A stretch of DNA of 64,000 nt from NCBI GenBank assembly GCA_000091205.1, contig AP006496.2, one strand, 5' to 3'. A model generated the notes under the pieces. The model was given only the letters and a program-made list of their open reading frames with translations, did not search any database and had not been told where the DNA came from. Shown here in pieces: positions 63,296-64,000 of this stretch. Every line of letters starts with the position of its first letter. Within the stretch, counting starts at the first letter, position 1. The position numbers and the translations under genes were made by a program. The DNA comes from Cyanidioschyzon merolae (taxonomy: Eukaryota).

Positions 63296-64000
63296 ATGGC
63301 TTGTGTTCAAGGCACGTTTGGTTACCGTTCCGGAACGAATGAGGGATCCGCGGCGAGCGAGCAGATCTGCTGTTTTGCCGGAGAGGCGGCTGTTGTGCTC
63401 AGCGCGCTGCAGCAGGCGCTGCGCGATCGGCTGCTGAGACAGGCTGAAACGATAACGGACTCGGGGCCGCAGGCTGCAGGCGTCGGTGCTAGTGCGGTGC
63501 CGGAAGGGCTCGGGCACGACGTTGCTGGTCGAGTAGCTGCGCAGCTTGACCTTGGTGATCTCGATCCTGAGCAGCGGCGTTTGTTTTTGGAACGTTTGGT
63601 GGAGCACCAGCGGCGGTTTGTGCAGTATGCGCAAAGAGAGTTAAGCGAGAAAGTTGCGAAGATTCAGTCAGTCTATCCTTACCTATGCCACGAGGAGTGT
63701 GTTGCTGCGATGAACCTGATATCTGAAGAGCGCAGGGAGCTTGACGACAACATTGCCGTGCTCGGCGTGGAGGATGAGGCCGTGACTCGTCTTGCGGATC
63801 GCGGTTTCGAGTTGGTGGTGCGACAGGAGGTCGCTTTCCGGTATATGAAGGAGGTCTCCGCTGCGGCAGCGAGTGGAGGTGCCCTAGCACCAGGACCACC
63901 TCTCGATGCGAGAGCCGGCGGGAGCGGTATGAGGCGCAAGCCGTCCAACCGGGGAACATCGAGGAAGTCGAACAGCGAGCTCATGCTCGAAGGGGTTCGC
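63296..64000 (+). CDS. 5' part of an unidentified protein-coding gene running off the right edge
   Basis: An ATG at 63296 follows an in-frame TGA at 63272, then at least 234 stop-free codons with GC3-rich codon usage (LQQALRDRLLRQAE...FLERLVEHQRRFVQYAQRELSEKVAK...). It is not in the ORF track because no stop lies inside the window. The track's minus-strand ORFs 63489..63959 and 63679..63984 are antisense artefacts of this frame. Confidence 0.45.
   Translation, partial: MACVQGTFGYRSGTNEGSAASEQICCFAGEAAVVLSALQQALRDRLLRQAETITDSGPQAAGVGASAVPEGLGHDVAGRVAAQLDLGDLDPEQRRLFLERLVEHQRRFVQYAQRELSEKVAKIQSVYPYLCHEECVAAMNLISEERRELDDNIAVLGVEDEAVTRLADRGFELVVRQEVAFRYMKEVSAAAASGGALAPGPPLDARAGGSGMRRKPSNRGTSRKSNSELMLEGVR

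Overview
This window is nuclear DNA from an intron-poor, gene-dense eukaryote, probably a protist; I cannot assign the lineage from sequence alone. Long housekeeping proteins (SerRS, MutS homolog, DNA Pol delta, PrimPol) are uninterrupted single ORFs on alternating strands. Base composition is roughly 55-60% GC, and one tRNA gene carries a spliceosome-independent 12-nt intron. The ORF track uses GTG/TTG starts, so I moved CDS starts to the first in-frame ATG where homology supports that.

About 20 confident protein genes are present:
- seryl-tRNA synthetase
- TIM50
- METTL5-like methyltransferase
- BCAT
- queuine tRNA-ribosyltransferase
- histone H1
- PrimPol
- PGRMC-like cytochrome b5-domain protein
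- MSH4/5-type MutS homolog
- two pepsin-like aspartic proteases
- plant-type asparaginase
- CDP-alcohol phosphatidyltransferase
- galactokinase
- DNA polymerase delta
- OTU1/YOD1
- Era GTPase
- homogentisate-prenyltransferase-like UbiA protein
- Rieske Fe-S protein
- COX19
- SANT/Myb protein

There is also one tRNA-Trp(CCA) and a partial ORF at the right edge.

The most interesting locus is 23.2-25.4 kb. It holds an intact TnpB/Fanzor-like RuvC nuclease gene (RuvC-I GADPGxxN, YKxE...PxxxTS bridge, Ruv[13 protein letters not shown]). Opposite it is a 5'-truncated head-to-head inverted duplicate that lacks the RuvC-I region, giving a ~0.9-kb palindrome. A ~50-bp conserved stretch just past the stop codon is kept in both copies. 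In the intact copy it abuts the start codon of the PGRMC-like gene.

Decayed relatives of the same element occur at ~7.1-8.3 kb and ~31.65-33.2 kb. Both carry an NAA(M/I)N(I/K)RR RuvC-III fragment and a Tc1/mariner-like LPxxSxxxNxIExVxSIVK fragment, and each again sits just upstream of a same-strand gene start. Two further dispersed repeat families and several gene-poor, AT-richer tracts look like degraded mobile DNA.

The window is also unusually rich in minisatellites (58-94 bp units) placed exactly at gene boundaries. One fills a bidirectional promoter. One supplies the stop codon of the asparaginase gene. One lies immediately upstream of the phosphatidyltransferase ATG. One overlaps the BCAT 5' end.
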